DNA of 64,000 nt from assembly GCA_047495785.1 (NCBI GenBank), contig JBLDXI010000015.1, positions 372,001 through 436,000 on the forward strand. The letters run 5' to 3'. A program made the translations under genes and the position numbers. Below are positions 51,535-64,000 of this stretch, in pieces (positions within the stretch are counted from its first letter, which is position 1; the number at the start of each line of letters is the position of its first letter). Source of the DNA: Lepidodermella squamata. Its lineage: Eukaryota > Animalia > Gastrotricha. Below the pieces are notes generated by a model that saw only the letters and a list, made by a program, of their open reading frames with translations, was not told where the DNA came from and did no database searches.

Positions 51535-54500
51535 ATGAATCCCTGTTAGCTTTCCTGTGGTTCGCAACTCTGCTGCATAGCGTCGTAGCTGGAGGTTACT
51601 ACAACATCTACCCTGGGAAAGCCATTGGACCTATAGCTGGCTATAATCTCTCGGTCTACCTTGCTGGAAATCCAACTTCGGCAAAACTAGCCGTCAACTG
51701 CATGGCTTCTTGCAATGCGAACGATCTTTGCAAATCTGGCCAGTTCACAGCAAGTACCTGTTCCATGTGGAGCTTCGATCTGGCCGGGTCTCAAATCGCA
51801 CAGTTAGTTGCTGATTCAATCGCCATCTCGTTTTCGGTCTCAGGTGTCGAGGGAATCTTGAAGAAGTCTCGTCAATGCTCAGCTAGCACGTGCGCTGTTA
51901 CTTCAATATGGGACGCGATTCAGAAGTCGGCTTGGACTGCACCTCACCTGTTGCCACAAGTTGCCAGGGAAGAAATAGTTGATTTCGACAATTATTACGT
52001 CAGTGACTTGGCCTACTACGCGATATCTGTTAACTCATATTCAGAAAGTGTCCAACAGTCCCGGTTATATGCCAACAATGCTTACTACTTTGGCTTAGCC
52101 GACAATCCGCCTATTGGGGCTTGGATTCGCGTCGACCTGGAGCGCTTCGTTTGGATGACCGAGTTTCACTTTCTCTGCTTCAACTGTCCGCAGATGCTTA
52201 AAATCGAATACAGTTTCAATGGACTTGACTTCTATGCTATCGATAAAGGCCATGGCGAACCAGTGTTTCTTCATACTGTCGCCGGAGCGGTAACCAAGTT
52301 CACACCATTCCGACCTTGGCTCACGAAACACGTGAAATGTTCGAGCGCATTCGAAAACAGAACTTCAAATTACGGTTTTCAAGGGAAGTTCGCAGTGAAA
52401 GGAATTCGTGCTAACTGCTTCGAGCCTCTCGGTATGGAAAATTTAGAAATCGAGGATTTTCAACTTTCAACGCCAAACAAAATCGCAAGCTCGTTTCACT
52501 CGAGACTGAATTGGGGACTGGCTCCGCTGGCTAATTCGATGCCACTTATTATTGACTTGAGGGAGCAGACTGTGGTCACAGCGATCCAACTGCAAGGCTG
52601 TAGCCAGTTCAGTTCATGGGTCAGCATTTTCCTCCTCCAATACAAGGCCAAAACCACTGATAATTGGATCGACGTGCTGGATAACGGCGGCCAGCGAAAT
52701 TTGAGAGGCAACGTGGATGCAACTGGGATAGCTACTGTTGTATTGCCAAAGCCTATAATTGGCCAATTCTTCTTAATCAAACCTTTGAGCTATACAGGGA
52801 ATGTTCGATGCTACAAAGTGGAACTGCTCGGCTGTAAAAACGTGCCTAGATACACCCGGAATATAGCGTTTGAAGCTGTTGTTGCCAAGGCTTACAGTGA
52901 AGACGCAGATCAACTGCTAGGCTTTCCCAAGGCATCCGTTGTCACTTCTAGCCGCCTGATTCGGGAGAAAAGTTTTTTGAACTGTTCCAAGCTGAAGCGT
53001 GGCACAGCTTCGTTTCTGGACCGTCCTTACGTGACCGTCGACTTGGGCGAGACGAAAACTGTCACATCGGTTGAAATCACTACGCCGCAACTGGACCCTA
53101 AGTTCGCTCTGGTTCCGGATGGTTATTGGCCACTTGGGATTATGCATCGCGCCGATGATCTGAGTGGAAATGGCAATAACGGCGTGTTTTCAAGCGGGTT
53201 GAAATTCAGCTCAGGCGTGAATGGGCGGGCTCTTTCAGCCCTTGAGTGGACAGGCTCAGGGAAACTACTATTACCGATGGATAATTTGGCTGTTGACAAA
53301 AATAACGGCTGGACATTCGCAGCTTGGGTTTATTATACCAGTGGCACTCTTAACCTGGTGAATTCAAATCAACTAAAGTAAGGGAACCTAGTATTTTAGT
53401 TTTTATGCTAAATTAATGATAAATCTAATTCCAGTTCGGTATCTTGTCTGCGAGTTTCAATAGACAATGTAGGAAACTTCCTAGTGGAACGGGCTCGTGA
53501 TTGCTCTACATCTTCTCAGAGCTTTCCCTTTCCAAATGCTTTGGGCTTGAATAATGTCTATGTGTCGAACAATCGATGGTTTCACGTGGCCGTGACGTTT
53601 GACTGTCGCGCGAGAATCGTTCGCTTTTTCATCGACCGCGTCGAACGTGGGATTTTGTACGTCAACTGCGCGCCATCGACCGCCGCCAAAGTCAACGCCT
53701 ACCTTGTGATTGGCGGCTCGTGGACCGGCAAACTGGCGAACATTCACATTTACAAACGCGCATTGGACAACGACGAAATTGAAGCAACGGCGCAGTCGCC
53801 TTGGACGCGTGAGCTTGCATCCTTTGCCGCATGTTTACACGCATGTTTATCGATTCACAGCTCTGCCACCTTGGGTTTTGTTTCCCTTTGCGTGCAGTCT
53901 AGGTGATCTCGTGACAGCAAACAACGCATTCACAGCTGCTGGAAACCCTGTGTGCGATAAAGTTTTAAGCTACAGCAATACGTGAGTACGAATCTTCATT
54001 GATGTGGAAGGGAAAGAAAAGAATAATCAGAATATGGCTCAATTCCTAAAAAAATGGTCGCTTTACTTTCGTTCGGCCTCAAAGATGAATTGGGCGATCA
54101 AGACTTAAGCCGGATTTGTGTAAATTTCACGGCCGCGTGCTGATGTCAAAAGGCTAGTTTTATACGGAAAAAAAGAAACAATTCAGACGATTCTCTATCG
54201 ATTGAATAATGTGTTCTCGCGTGAGAAAATTCATGCGAAAAAGTTATACATGCGTCTAAGTTTTGAGAAGCGAGAGCGCGTGCTCTCATCCGTTTGCAGT
54301 GATCCAACTAGGTCCAGCTCCGATGGGGTAAATTAAGCCATTTTGAACCCCAACATCAACAACAGGGGCAAATCAACAGGGGAGGGGGAGGGCCCTTATG
54401 TTTTTAGGAAATTTTCGAACACCAGGGGGGGGGGGTTGTTTGCCCCCCTTGCCCCCTTACTCAGAGCACTGCCCGTTTGACCTTTATTTTGGCGTAAAGA

Positions 54501-57500
54501 CCGCGTAAAAGTAACCTCTTGGCATTAGCCCGCGACATAGAGCATAGAGCAAGTTTTAGGATATAGAGTTCCTACTCCTGACTAAGCCTGTAAACGCCAT
54601 GAGCACCAGATTGTGATGAGTGTTGGAAAAGTAAACAGATCAGGTGAATTTTTAGTCCCGCATTCTCATTCATGGAAATCTCCTTAAAGAAAAACTAGCT
54701 TGTACCAGATAGCGCTTCTAATGGTGAAGATTGCGATTATTTTTTCAAAATTTTAGAAGAAATGCAAAGTAGTGGAATCGTGATAATCAATTTCGTGATT
54801 TAAGATAAGTCGACATTAACTAATAAATAAATCGATGGTGTGTAATTCGGATCAAGTTCTACATTTTGATGCTTGGGCGATCTTGGAAGATTTTTCCTGA
54901 TTTTCTATAATGGCCCCAAGTGAAAGTTCTATTAGCGATGAGCAAGTGACAGCGCAGTAGAACCCATCTCTCACCAGAAAAACTCTCACCGCGGAAAATC
55001 ACTCGGAAAAACTGTCCAGCTCGGCAAAAAACTAGACTTTTGACAGAATACTGTCCACAGACAAACTCTCGCTAATTTGCATATTTAGTTTTTTTGATTG
55101 AGGCAGTTAAAAGGCCCGAAATTGTCGCTCAGGGTGATTTTATGAATTATTCCACTTGGTTTTTTTACATTGAAAAATGTAGATTGCCCCATGGATTCTA
55201 TCCAGAATCTTCTTTGACAGCACGTGCGCCATGTGCATATGGTGTGGCTGGATTGCGTCGAATGTAGTGAAAATGATTAAATGATAAAAAAAATTCCAGA
55301 AAATCAGAAAACAATATTCCAAGCTCGCTCCAAACATCGAAATCTAGAGCTTAATCAGAATCACCTTTTCGATTTCAGATACAATAATGTAGTTGAAAAA
55401 TTCAACTTCTCATAGCTTAAAATACAGCTAATTGTGACTACGGGCCGGGCCGGGTTCCGAAAATTCGGCCCGTGGACAACTCTGAGATACATTTCAATTT
55501 CCCTGTCTTATTTTGGCCAGTGGCGTATTTTATTAATTAAATATTAAAAATTTTGAAAAAATTATCATTGTCTCAAGAGCTGGATCTGGATCTGGATCTG
55601 CCGCAAATTTTTGATTGTGATTAATCGTTCAAGAATAATGACCGATGGAAAATCACCTGATTTGTTCACTTTTCCAACCACTCCAACCACTGATTCATTA
55701 CAACGTTTGGTGCCCATGGCGTTTACAGGCTTAGTCGGGAGTAGGACCTCTATCGTAAAACTAGCTCTATGGCCCGAGTGCAACTGAAAGTCTTGAAAAT
55801 TTCGACTTGTGCACAAGTCCATTTTTTACCATCTTATCGCACAATTAATGTTGGGGCCAGCAGAAACTAAGGGGGCGTGAAATTGAGCTATAGCATGATA
55901 GACTTTAATTATCAATATCAATTTTCCTGATACTGTAGCGCTTGGAGGCTTCCCTCGGAATCTGATTATCTGTGGGCGAATGCATCAGCTAGAAGAATAA
56001 GCAACGCTTGGACCTGGTCCCAAGCTTTTCATTTCAAACCAAGCAGTTTTGGCGGGCTGCTGATGGGTTGGACAGATACGCTGGCCTCTTCAGATTTCAT
56101 CGCCGGATTCAGCACAGCTCCTGCCGGCTTTCTGCGATTCAATTTCGCCTGTGGCGGCAACTCCACGCAAATCACTGTTACCTCGCCAATCAAGTTGCTG
56201 CTAAACCAATGGAACTACGTAGGATTTGCATTCGATTACTCCCGCGCCACTGTTGATCTGTTCCAAGAAGGCGAAGTCGTTGCATCAGTTGGCGCCGCTT
56301 GTTACGGCGTCGGTATCCAAACAAATCGCGCGTATTTTCGAATCGGAGGGCCGGGCAGTCAGCCGGCCAGTTTCGCTTGCCTTAGCTTCTATTTTGCGGC
56401 ACTTTCTCGAAGATTTCTCCACTCGCTGCGGAGATGTCCGATAACCTCTTCAAGTGATATGACAGCGACCCTGGTAACACCTTTTGACTACAACAATGGC
56501 CTATCTTCAGTTGATAGTCCCAGTAATGCGTTTGTTGTTAATGGTCCCTCTCTCCAGGGACCAAGTTTCCCCTGGGCAACAGGCGATAGCAACGTGTATC
56601 GCTTCGCAACAGCCAGCGCTAATTCGTTGACTTCCGCATCCTACTCGATCGGGTTTAAAGTCGGCTACAACCGAACAGCCCCGTTGCCCCCGTTCACAAT
56701 TGCAGTCCACGCGATGCTCTTTTCAAATTTGACATCCGGATTCCAACCCATTGTCCAGCTGAACATGGGCTCAACCGCTTTGTTCGCGCTTCGAATTCAA
56801 TCAACAAGCAATTCGATCTACTACGCATTGCCTTGTGGAGGGTTGCAGTCAGCTTACGACTACGGCATGGCTGCTGTGAACCAGTGGCAGCATCACTTGA
56901 TCAACAACGTCGATTTCACCGCAGGTTCACATCGTTTAACTGGATATCGCGATGGCGTGGCTGGTGTAAGCCTGAACTTCGCCAACTGTATTCCAGATAA
57001 CACGGATAACATTCTCATAGGAAGGGTAAGCTTTCTTTGATAAATAAAATGGTCCTCCTTTTAGCGGAACCAAATTTCGGAATTTTCCAGTGGCCTGAAA
57101 TAGCTTTTTGGAGATTTCTTGCAGGTCAGTATTAGCCAAAGTAATTCTATAAAAATTACCAGCAAATTCAGCGCGAAATTCTCTGCAAGGCTTAAAATTA
57201 GTAGAATTATTCAAAAAATAACCATTGGCATATTTCGACATTCATTCTGCAAAAAGCAAATTTAAAGCAAATTTGGTTCCGCTCACACTATAAATGTGGT
57301 TCCGCTCACACTATAAATGTGGTTCCGCTAAAAGATATTCCGTAAATAAAATCTTGTTTTCAATGAAAAATTAGGATGGCAATACAAACGTCTACTTCAC
57401 CGGGTTGATAACGTGGCTGGCTATCTACCAAGGTCCTATTGATTCGCTTTTAGCCATGGAACTGGCTACTCAGATCCCAACGCCAAACATAAGTAATAAT

Positions 57501-59234
57501 CAATAGAAATAATCAATAATTTTTCACAATGTTTCTTCATAGTGCAAGGCCACGTTTGCGAAACCGATCTGACTATGACTTCATCATGGACCTATAGTTC
57601 AAACTTCACGTCAGCCTCGCCTCCTTATGGTGTTTGCTCTGATAGCAATGACGTGCGAGGTTCCATGGCATGCAGCTGGTCACCAGCTTCTGCATCTAAC
57701 ACAGAATTTCTTACTTTGGACTTCAGCGAGCAGAAAATTGTTCATTCAATAGCAACAGCAGGCGATTCAGCTAACAACTGCTTCGTCAGAACCTTTCGAC
57801 TATCCTCCAGCAACAACGGAGCTACCTTTATCACATTCTACGATCGAGCGAAAGGTGCTTCGTCTACAAAGGTATGTTTTCGATAGAAATGGTAAGCCTG
57901 AGCTAAATTCGCTTTTCAGATTTTCGTTGCAAACAACGATTCTACTTCGACTCAATGGAGCTTTATGAGGCCCTACATCATAGCTCGTCATCTCAGGTTC
58001 CATCCAGAATCTTGGAGCGTTTTCATCTGCTTGAAATGGCGAGTTCGAGGCTGTGCACGTAAGTTTTGTTTATTACATACCTTAGACACAATCTCGATTC
58101 AAACTTAACGCAGATCCATTCTGCAATATTGAACTCTTCGATAGCGAATCGGTCGAAAACGCTTCTAGTGCAACTAATCCTAGCGATTTAAGTAGCAACG
58201 ATATCGGTAATGCAGACTGGATTCCGCTAGCCACAGATCGGCAGCCTTACTTTCAAATCACATTCGCCAAGTTGAAAATCGTGAATATCGTCGCCGTTCA
58301 ATCTAGTGCGACGTTAGCTGCTTGGATTAAAAAGTACCATCTGACGTCACGGCTGATGGGAGATAGCAAGTGGGTAGCCTACACCTTCGGAAACAACGGG
58401 TCGAGGATTCGAATTTTCGACGGACCTTCAAGCGGGCCGAATTCAGCACCTTCATTCAGCTACTTGAAGCCAGCTCTAATAGGCGCAGCTGTTCGATTGT
58501 ACGTTGACGATTTCACCCTACAGCCGATCGGAAGGTTCAGCTTCAAAGGCTGCAACTATGCCGATGTGGATCCAGCAATTTCCTGGCTGAAAATAGCTGT
58601 TTCAAGCTCAGTGCCTAACGGTTCAGCTTCAACTGTGGACGCGATGCCGGTATGTAACGATGCATCGAGCCTGGTCAATTACGATCCCAATGTGCCCTAC
58701 AACTCAAAGATATCTATCCCTTGTTACCCGCCAATTTCCGGCCGTTATTTAACAGTTGTTTCAGAAGCGCGTGATACGGATATGTTTATCTGCAAAATCG
58801 AGGCTAGTAGTGAGAATGGGGCTAATTTAGCCTTCCTGAAGCAAGTGACCTCCTCCAGTTCAACGGCCTTGCAGAATTCTAGGGCGACTGATGGCTCTTT
58901 CAGCGTGCTTATCAACCAAGCGAGTTTGGCCTCCTTCTGGTTTCAAATCGATCTCGGCCAATCGGTTTTTGTCTCGAAAGTTATGCCTGTTGTGGCGTAT
59001 ATCACATTTGACGCAACGCTTTCTTCGAGCTACGAACTCATCGTTCGAGTTGGCGATTCGGCTAACTGGTCAGAAAATGCAGTTTGCGACGTCTGGAAGG
59101 CGAATTCAATGCCGAACCTGGTGATGGGCCAATCCATGCCGATGTACTGCACGCCGCCTCTGCTCGGCCGATACGTTCGAGTCGAAAAATCGGGCGCTAT
59201 GCCCGTCACATTTTCTGAAATTTTGGTTTATTAA
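51535..59234 (+). CDS. Secreted mosaic PAN/F5-8C/LamG/F-type-lectin protein, paralog D (8 exons; apparent 1-bp deletion just after the ATG)
   Basis: Signal peptide SLLAFLWFATLLHSVVAG is in frame with ORF 51702-53381 but one base out of frame with ATG 51535; remaining exons match paralogs A and C and are open. Confidence 0.8.
54297..54471. mobile_element. hAT-type MITE, family of 2799-2964
   Basis: CAGTG..CACTG ends; TSD TCCGTTTG/CCCGTTTG; internal homology to the reverse complement of 2799-2964. Confidence 0.7.
57058..57334. mobile_element. MITE with CTTTTAGCGGAACC TIRs in an intron of paralog D; related ends at ~50180 and ~59613
   Basis: TIR pair plus a 23-bp tandem duplication GGTTCCGCTCACACTATAAATGT at the right end. 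Confidence 0.65.
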
Positions 59235-60825
59235 CTCTAACTCTACCCTCACCGTCTGCCCTTATTTATTAGCGCATATCTTGCTTGCATATCGCCGTAT
59301 TTTACTATAAAATTTATAATCCAAATATAGAATACATAGAAGGAGAAAAGAGCCAGCGAAAATATACTATAATTGAACTCTTTTCCCATGCTAATACAAC
59401 TTTGCTCAGCTTTGCTCTCAGAAGGAAACATCTGATAGTATTGCTCATAGATAATAGTAAAGATCGGACGCTTACGATCCTTCCCACACATTTTAGGGTG
59501 CAACGCTCGCCATGTGCAAAGCAATATTTTTGTGGTTTTAATTTGAGCCATGCGCGCACAGCTAGATGCATTTGTCGATTATTTCAGGACGAATAGCATA
59601 TTCTGAATATCTCTTAGCGGGACCAAATTTGCTGTATCGGAACTAAATTAGCTTTTTGGGGTACCAAACTCGAAATATGCCATATTTCTAAGAATTTGAG
59701 GCTAAGAATGAATTCTGAATTGAACACTGGCGAATTTCCTAGAATTATTCTAACCGAGTTCAAATCCATCGAAATTATCTGTACTCGTTTTCATCCCCAC
59801 TTCCATGCTTTTTTTTAATTGTCCAACTATATCCTCAGCATAGGCAGAAATTCGTTATCGATCATCCTCAATTTGATGATGTTCTTGTTCCTTCTTCATG
59901 CTTTTCATGTTCATGCAATCATCTCCACGTTTGTGGTACGCTGCAAAAACCACAACTGCACTATATGCTTAGAGGTGTCAACAGTCAGGTATCGATTTGC
60001 TAGCTTTTCGGATTTCGGCTCTTTTAAATGTGATAGAACTGGCCAGTAGCCAGTAAATGGTGCTGTTGTTACGAGTTTCAAGAGTCGATATCTAATCAAC
60101 CTTTACTTGCCTTTATCTTTCACTATCAAAATCAAATTATAATAATGCATAATGCTGTGTCTTGCTGATGCGCTTCAGAACTTCTATTTTTGCTTAGACG
60201 CTCTGAATAAATTATGTAGAAATTATAGTCCAGTTTTTAAGTGGATCCCGACATATGAAATATGGGAATATGTGCTATTCAGCTGAAAGCTGAGCCATGA
60301 GACTAGCATTGGAGGTTGGTTCTCAGCTACTGTCGCATCAAAATGTCTCTTTCTCGGTGTTCGGACTAGCCCCAGCTCCAAGTGGTAGCAGTTTGCATTT
60401 TCCAGTTCAGTTGCCGCAACTACTGCATTTTAAGTTGTGACACGTGACACAACCTGGTACTGCATTGTTTGCTTTGTTGATAAACCCGTATTTGTAGTAG
60501 GCCAGTAAATAGTGCTGTTTTAAGAGTATGACGAGGAACTAGGACTACAGATTGAGCTTGGCTTTACATTTAGCTGTACTGGAAAATGTTATTTCTCGTC
60601 ACTCGGCAAAAGACAAGTTGTTTGCTTGCAGGTGTCACTCTTTATTAGAAAGATGAAAGGTCAAGAAACTAGTGTGTAATCATCAGTGGAAAGCACCCTT
60701 CCCTTGAAAACGAAACGGGTAAGGTGTCAAAAAATGAATCAGATCAGTTGCAGAGCAGGCGCAGACTCGAAGCAGTTGGAAATTGGGAAATCAAAAATAA
60801 GATGGAACTACATAGCCGAAATTGC

Positions 60826-61614
60826 TTATGCAGACTTGGCGGTGGTGGACCTCTTGTTGCAGCGAGCCCTAGCGGAGCCAGTCTGGGGGAGCTGCTGGCG
60901 GGGAGCGGCGCCAGAGCCAGAGCCAGACTGTTGGCGGGCAGCGGCGGCGGCCTTGGCGGTGGTGGACCTCTTGTTGCAACGAGCCCTAGCGGAGCCAGTC
61001 TGAGGGAGCTGCTGGCGGGGAGCGGCGCCAGAGCCAGAGCCAGACTGCTGGCGGGCAGCGGCGGCGGCCTTGGCGGTGGTGGACCTCTTGTTGCAACGAG
61101 CCCTGGCGGAGCCAGTCTGGGGGAGCTGCTGGCGGTGGGCAGCGGGACCGGAGCCAGAGCCAGACTGCTGGCGGGCAGCGGCGGCGGCCTTGGCGGTGGT
61201 GGACCTCTTGTTGCAACGAGCCCTGGCGGAGCCAGTCTGGGGGAGCTGCTGGCGGTGGGCAGCGGCACCGGAGCCAGAGCCAGACTGCTGGCGGGCAGCG
61301 GCGGCCTGGGTGGTGGAGGGGGCGGGCTTCTTGCTGCAACGAGCCTGACCAGAGCTAGCCTGCTGCTGACGGGCTTCGGCGAGCTCATCGGAATCTCCTT
61401 CCTCGGAAGATTCCTCGGATTCGGACTGATCACCGGAGTGCTCACCAGAGTGCTCACCAGAGTGCTCACCAGAGTGCTCGTGGGAGTGAGAACCATGAGG
61501 AGGAGGAGGATGAGCAGGATGATCCTGAGCGTTGCGGCCAGAGGCCGGGGGACCCTGAGAGTCAGCCAAGACGACGGCAACGAGAGCAGCAACCAAAGCG
61601 ATGCGGACGAACAT
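60826..61614 (-). CDS. Secreted low-complexity repeat protein (262 aa): His/acidic N-region followed by four 39-40-aa basic Gln/Ala/Ser repeats
   Basis: Signal peptide MFVRIALVAALVAVVLA, AAAG-ATG context, upstream TATA box, AATAAA at 60646-60641, single exon. Confidence 0.82.
   Translation of the reverse strand: MFVRIALVAALVAVVLADSQGPPASGRNAQDHPAHPPPPHGSHSHEHSGEHSGEHSGEHSGDQSESEESSEEGDSDELAEARQQQASSGQARCSKKPAPSTTQAAAARQQSGSGSGAAAHRQQLPQTGSARARCNKRSTTAKAAAAARQQSGSGSGPAAHRQQLPQTGSARARCNKRSTTAKAAAAARQQSGSGSGAAPRQQLPQTGSARARCNKRSTTAKAAAAARQQSGSGSGAAPRQQLPQTGSARARCNKRSTTAKSA
60838..61345. repeat. GC-rich coding tandem repeat, 117/117/120-bp units plus a degenerate unit
   Basis: GGCGGTGGTGGACCTCTTGTTGC recurs at ~60838, 60955, 61072, 61192. 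Confidence 0.9.
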
Positions 61615-61704
61615 CTTTAGTTTTATAGTTTTTTAAGAAGTAAACTATAGAATAAGATTTAAAGCCGAAGGATAGGTGTGATTTCAGCTCCGAAATTCCC
61701 TTGC

Positions 61705-61711
61705 TTTTATA
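61705..61711 (-). promoter_or_regulatory. TATA box of the secreted repeat-protein gene
   Basis: CTATAAAAG about 32 nt upstream of an Inr-like TCAC and ~95 nt upstream of the ATG. Confidence 0.6.
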
Positions 61712-62892
61712 GCGATATCTGACGTAGGATGAACATTTCAGCTGCCTGCCCACGTACTCGCGCTGTCGCGACGCCAAAAAAAAAGAACCGGGTCCGTTTC
61801 GGTGCAGTTTCATATTTCGCACTTTTTTCAGGCAGCTGATCTAGCTAAACTTCTAAACGCCAATACCGGTAGTAGAGTTCACGTGGACATCCACGTCAGC
61901 GAAGTGAAACGCAGCTGTATCAACTCCAAACTTAATCTTTCCCCTGTACTCAGTCAGCATCACGGAGCGAATTACTTATGTAGGAGGAAAGATCACGGAT
62001 TGCGTAAATGCTAAATGTTAGGTTTGCTTAACGCCCACCAAAGCTCATTTACACTTCGCATTTTCAGAATTTGGACGATGAAACAATTACAAGAGAAGTT
62101 CATCATTCATCATTACCCGGCGCGGAAGTTTGCTAGAATCTGAAAATTTACCTGCAAGCTTTAGAACTAAATTTGATAGTTGACAATAGATACTGAACGG
62201 GCTAAATTGTATATCGGAATTGCGCCCGCTAATACACACTGGTAATCGACGTGTTTTTCTGGCAAAACATATCCACGGCTACAACACGAGCTAATTTAGC
62301 CGAACAAATGAGCGACAATATCAAATTTTATTTTCGAAATTTGTAATGCTGTTGTTCAGACGTAATCCCGGCATTTTTTAGAAAATTTCATATAAATCAA
62401 ACACCCCAGCACCTCTTCGTTGCCACCGCTATCTAGCGTTTTCACAGCAGCCGTTACTTGGTGTTTCAACGCATAAGCTTTCCGGTCCATATTTACACGC
62501 AATCATTCTCCTGGTCAAGCATCTAGTTGCAATCTGAGTGCTGAGTGGAGCGTACTAAGACCCGACGTAGTTGAAGAGATCAACAAAGATATAGGATTCC
62601 CGATGGAATCGAGAAGCATGCGAAGTTCAAGTACGCTCTTTCGCGAAAAACTGTTGTCTAAGATGATATTGTAGCGCCAGCTAGTGATGTACATTTTACT
62701 CAGTAAATCCTCTTGATCAATACCATGCAAGGCAACCTATAACCCAAATCCGTAGTTTGTCTGTAGTTTCTTTCCGTTCGGTATCCTGAAAAGTACTTTT
62801 TCGCGGAATGGGGTATTTTTCCAGTTCCTAGTCGCTTAGCCAAAAAACTGCCGGTCGTCCGAAACAAACGCAAAAGTAAAAGTAGTTTTTAT

Positions 62893-64000
62893 TTACTCAT
62901 GTGAGTTTTTCCTCAGGAAAAAGAAGCTGAACAAACATAGCAAACATGTAAAATGCAAAGAAAGGTTATCAGATGAGCTCGTTAGGCTATCATCACCAAG
63001 CGCGACATACCCCGTATCTTCATCATTTTCCTCGGCACTAAAGCGGACAGCTGATAAAACGTAATTTCTCGAAATTTCTCGATCCCGCGACACTACTATC
63101 AAGCTTCTGTTGAAGTACGCCATAGCAGCTATGTATCCAAGATTGCTAATCTCAGAAATCAGGTTCCCGGTGAATCGATCGAACGCAGAAATCGATTCGT
63201 AACTCGCAAGAAAAACCAAATCCTGGGTGACAATTCCGGAAATCAAAAACGAAACTCTCGTCCCGTTGCCGAAGCCGCGAGAAAATTGCCCGGTCACTGC
63301 GTTGTAGCTGCAAAATGCGAACGGCCGAGCGCATTCCTTTTTGAATATGTAAATTATCGACCCATCATGGCACATCATTTGCGGCGCTGTTGTCAGCTCG
63401 CCCATGTGGCGATTTAACCAAGCCGGCCGTTTTGAGTCGAGATTTGTCGTTGCTAACTGGCAGGGAATGTCGCTTTTAAACGGGCAAACAATGCTGGCAA
63501 TTCGATTCGGCTGCAAGGGCGATACCATAAGATGCGCTTTGTCAAGCCAGTTCTGCCCTGAGGCGACATGGGAGCGCCATAGCGTCGACCAATTCTTCGA
63601 GCTGATCTCATCAACGTGCGAATCAATTAACATGAAAATACGGCCTTCAGGGGTGATGGCAGGAATTTGAGGCCAGGTTATGTTTAGAATTCGATGAATC
63701 AGTTTCCCATGCTTTGCCGAGAAAACTTCATAGCTGTCAGCACAAACAATGTAAATTTGATCCAAATCACCGCGGTAAGTAATAGGGAGTGCAGTTGTAT
63801 AGGAGTCATTATGGCAGACCCTCACAGACCAAATTTCGTTGAAATCGAGTAGAGAAAAAGAAATGAGCCACGATTTTGCCACATTTGAGGTTTTGTTAAC
63901 CAGCATCGTAAATAGCCGAAGTTCATCGTCAGAAATCGCAGGAGGTGAAAAGTCGATTTTATGTGTTAAAAAGCCGAATTGCTCATACAGCAGCGTTCTT
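62893..64000 (-). CDS. Partial CDS (5' end outside the window): beta-rich, possibly beta-propeller extracellular protein with a hydrophobic, GPI-like C-terminus
   Basis: Frame is open to base 64000; propeller-like strands (ISAFDRFTGNLI, SYNAVTGQF, VFSAKHGKLI); several N-x-S/T sites; tail SSSDNLSLHFTCLLCLFSFFFLRK. Confidence 0.65.
   Translation of the reverse strand, partial: RTLLYEQFGFLTHKIDFSPPAISDDELRLFTMLVNKTSNVAKSWLISFSLLDFNEIWSVRVCHNDSYTTALPITYRGDLDQIYIVCADSYEVFSAKHGKLIHRILNITWPQIPAITPEGRIFMLIDSHVDEISSKNWSTLWRSHVASGQNWLDKAHLMVSPLQPNRIASIVCPFKSDIPCQLATTNLDSKRPAWLNRHMGELTTAPQMMCHDGSIIYIFKKECARPFAFCSYNAVTGQFSRGFGNGTRVSFLISGIVTQDLVFLASYESISAFDRFTGNLISEISNLGYIAAMAYFNRSLIVVSRDREISRNYVLSAVRFSAEENDEDTGYVALGDDSLTSSSDNLSLHFTCLLCLFSFFFLRKNSHE

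Noticed and set aside
60686-61620. Overlapping long ORFs (298 aa +, 282 aa -, others) across the GC-rich repeat
   Set aside because: They are open only because the repeat unit lacks stops; only the 61614 frame has an ATG, signal peptide, TATA box and polyA signal
62358-62736. Minus-strand frame extending through two TGAs (LDA*PGE*LRVNMDRK), superficially like a discoidin WLRVDL motif
   Set aside because: No other domain motifs and no paralog to align; cannot be supported as coding or as further TGA=Trp evidence
1-64000. Assigning a phylum (nematode-like CxAC P-box, EB modules, TTTCAG acceptors)
   Set aside because: Acceptors are not uniformly TTTCAG and these traits occur in several invertebrate groups; phylogenetic searches are needed

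Overview
Animal (invertebrate metazoan) nuclear DNA, about 40% GC by eye, with short GT-AG introns (mostly 45-60 bp); the ORF track therefore splits genes into exons. The taxon cannot be fixed from sequence alone. The window is mostly tandem paralog arrays. (1) Four 6-exon nuclear hormone receptor genes (0.4-17.1 kb) with a non-canonical P-box and a second zinc finger missing one Cys. (2) Four ~1700-aa secreted mosaic lectin-like genes (19.6-59.2 kb): PAN/apple, 2x F5/8C, N-half of an F-type lectin fold, 3x LamG/pentraxin, 2x F5/8C, C-half of the F-type lectin fold, then a whole F-type lectin-like domain. One F-type lectin domain thus appears split around a ~960-aa insert, with both partners of its long-range disulfide kept. 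Only one copy is cleanly intact. One carries two in-frame TGA codons, both at conserved Trp positions in a single exon; two carry a single 1-bp indel. (3) Two Cys-rich EB/EGF-like genes, one GPI-type and one soluble. Singletons: a 3-finger C2H2 gene, a secreted His/acidic + basic-repeat protein, a partial propeller-like GPI-type gene and ankyrin remnants. Mobile DNA: an RTE-like retroelement with an 11-bp TSD whose open ORF lacks the RT core, a degenerate Penelope-type hammerhead beside it, a Ginger-like element and many MITEs. All exon structures and alignments were done by eye.
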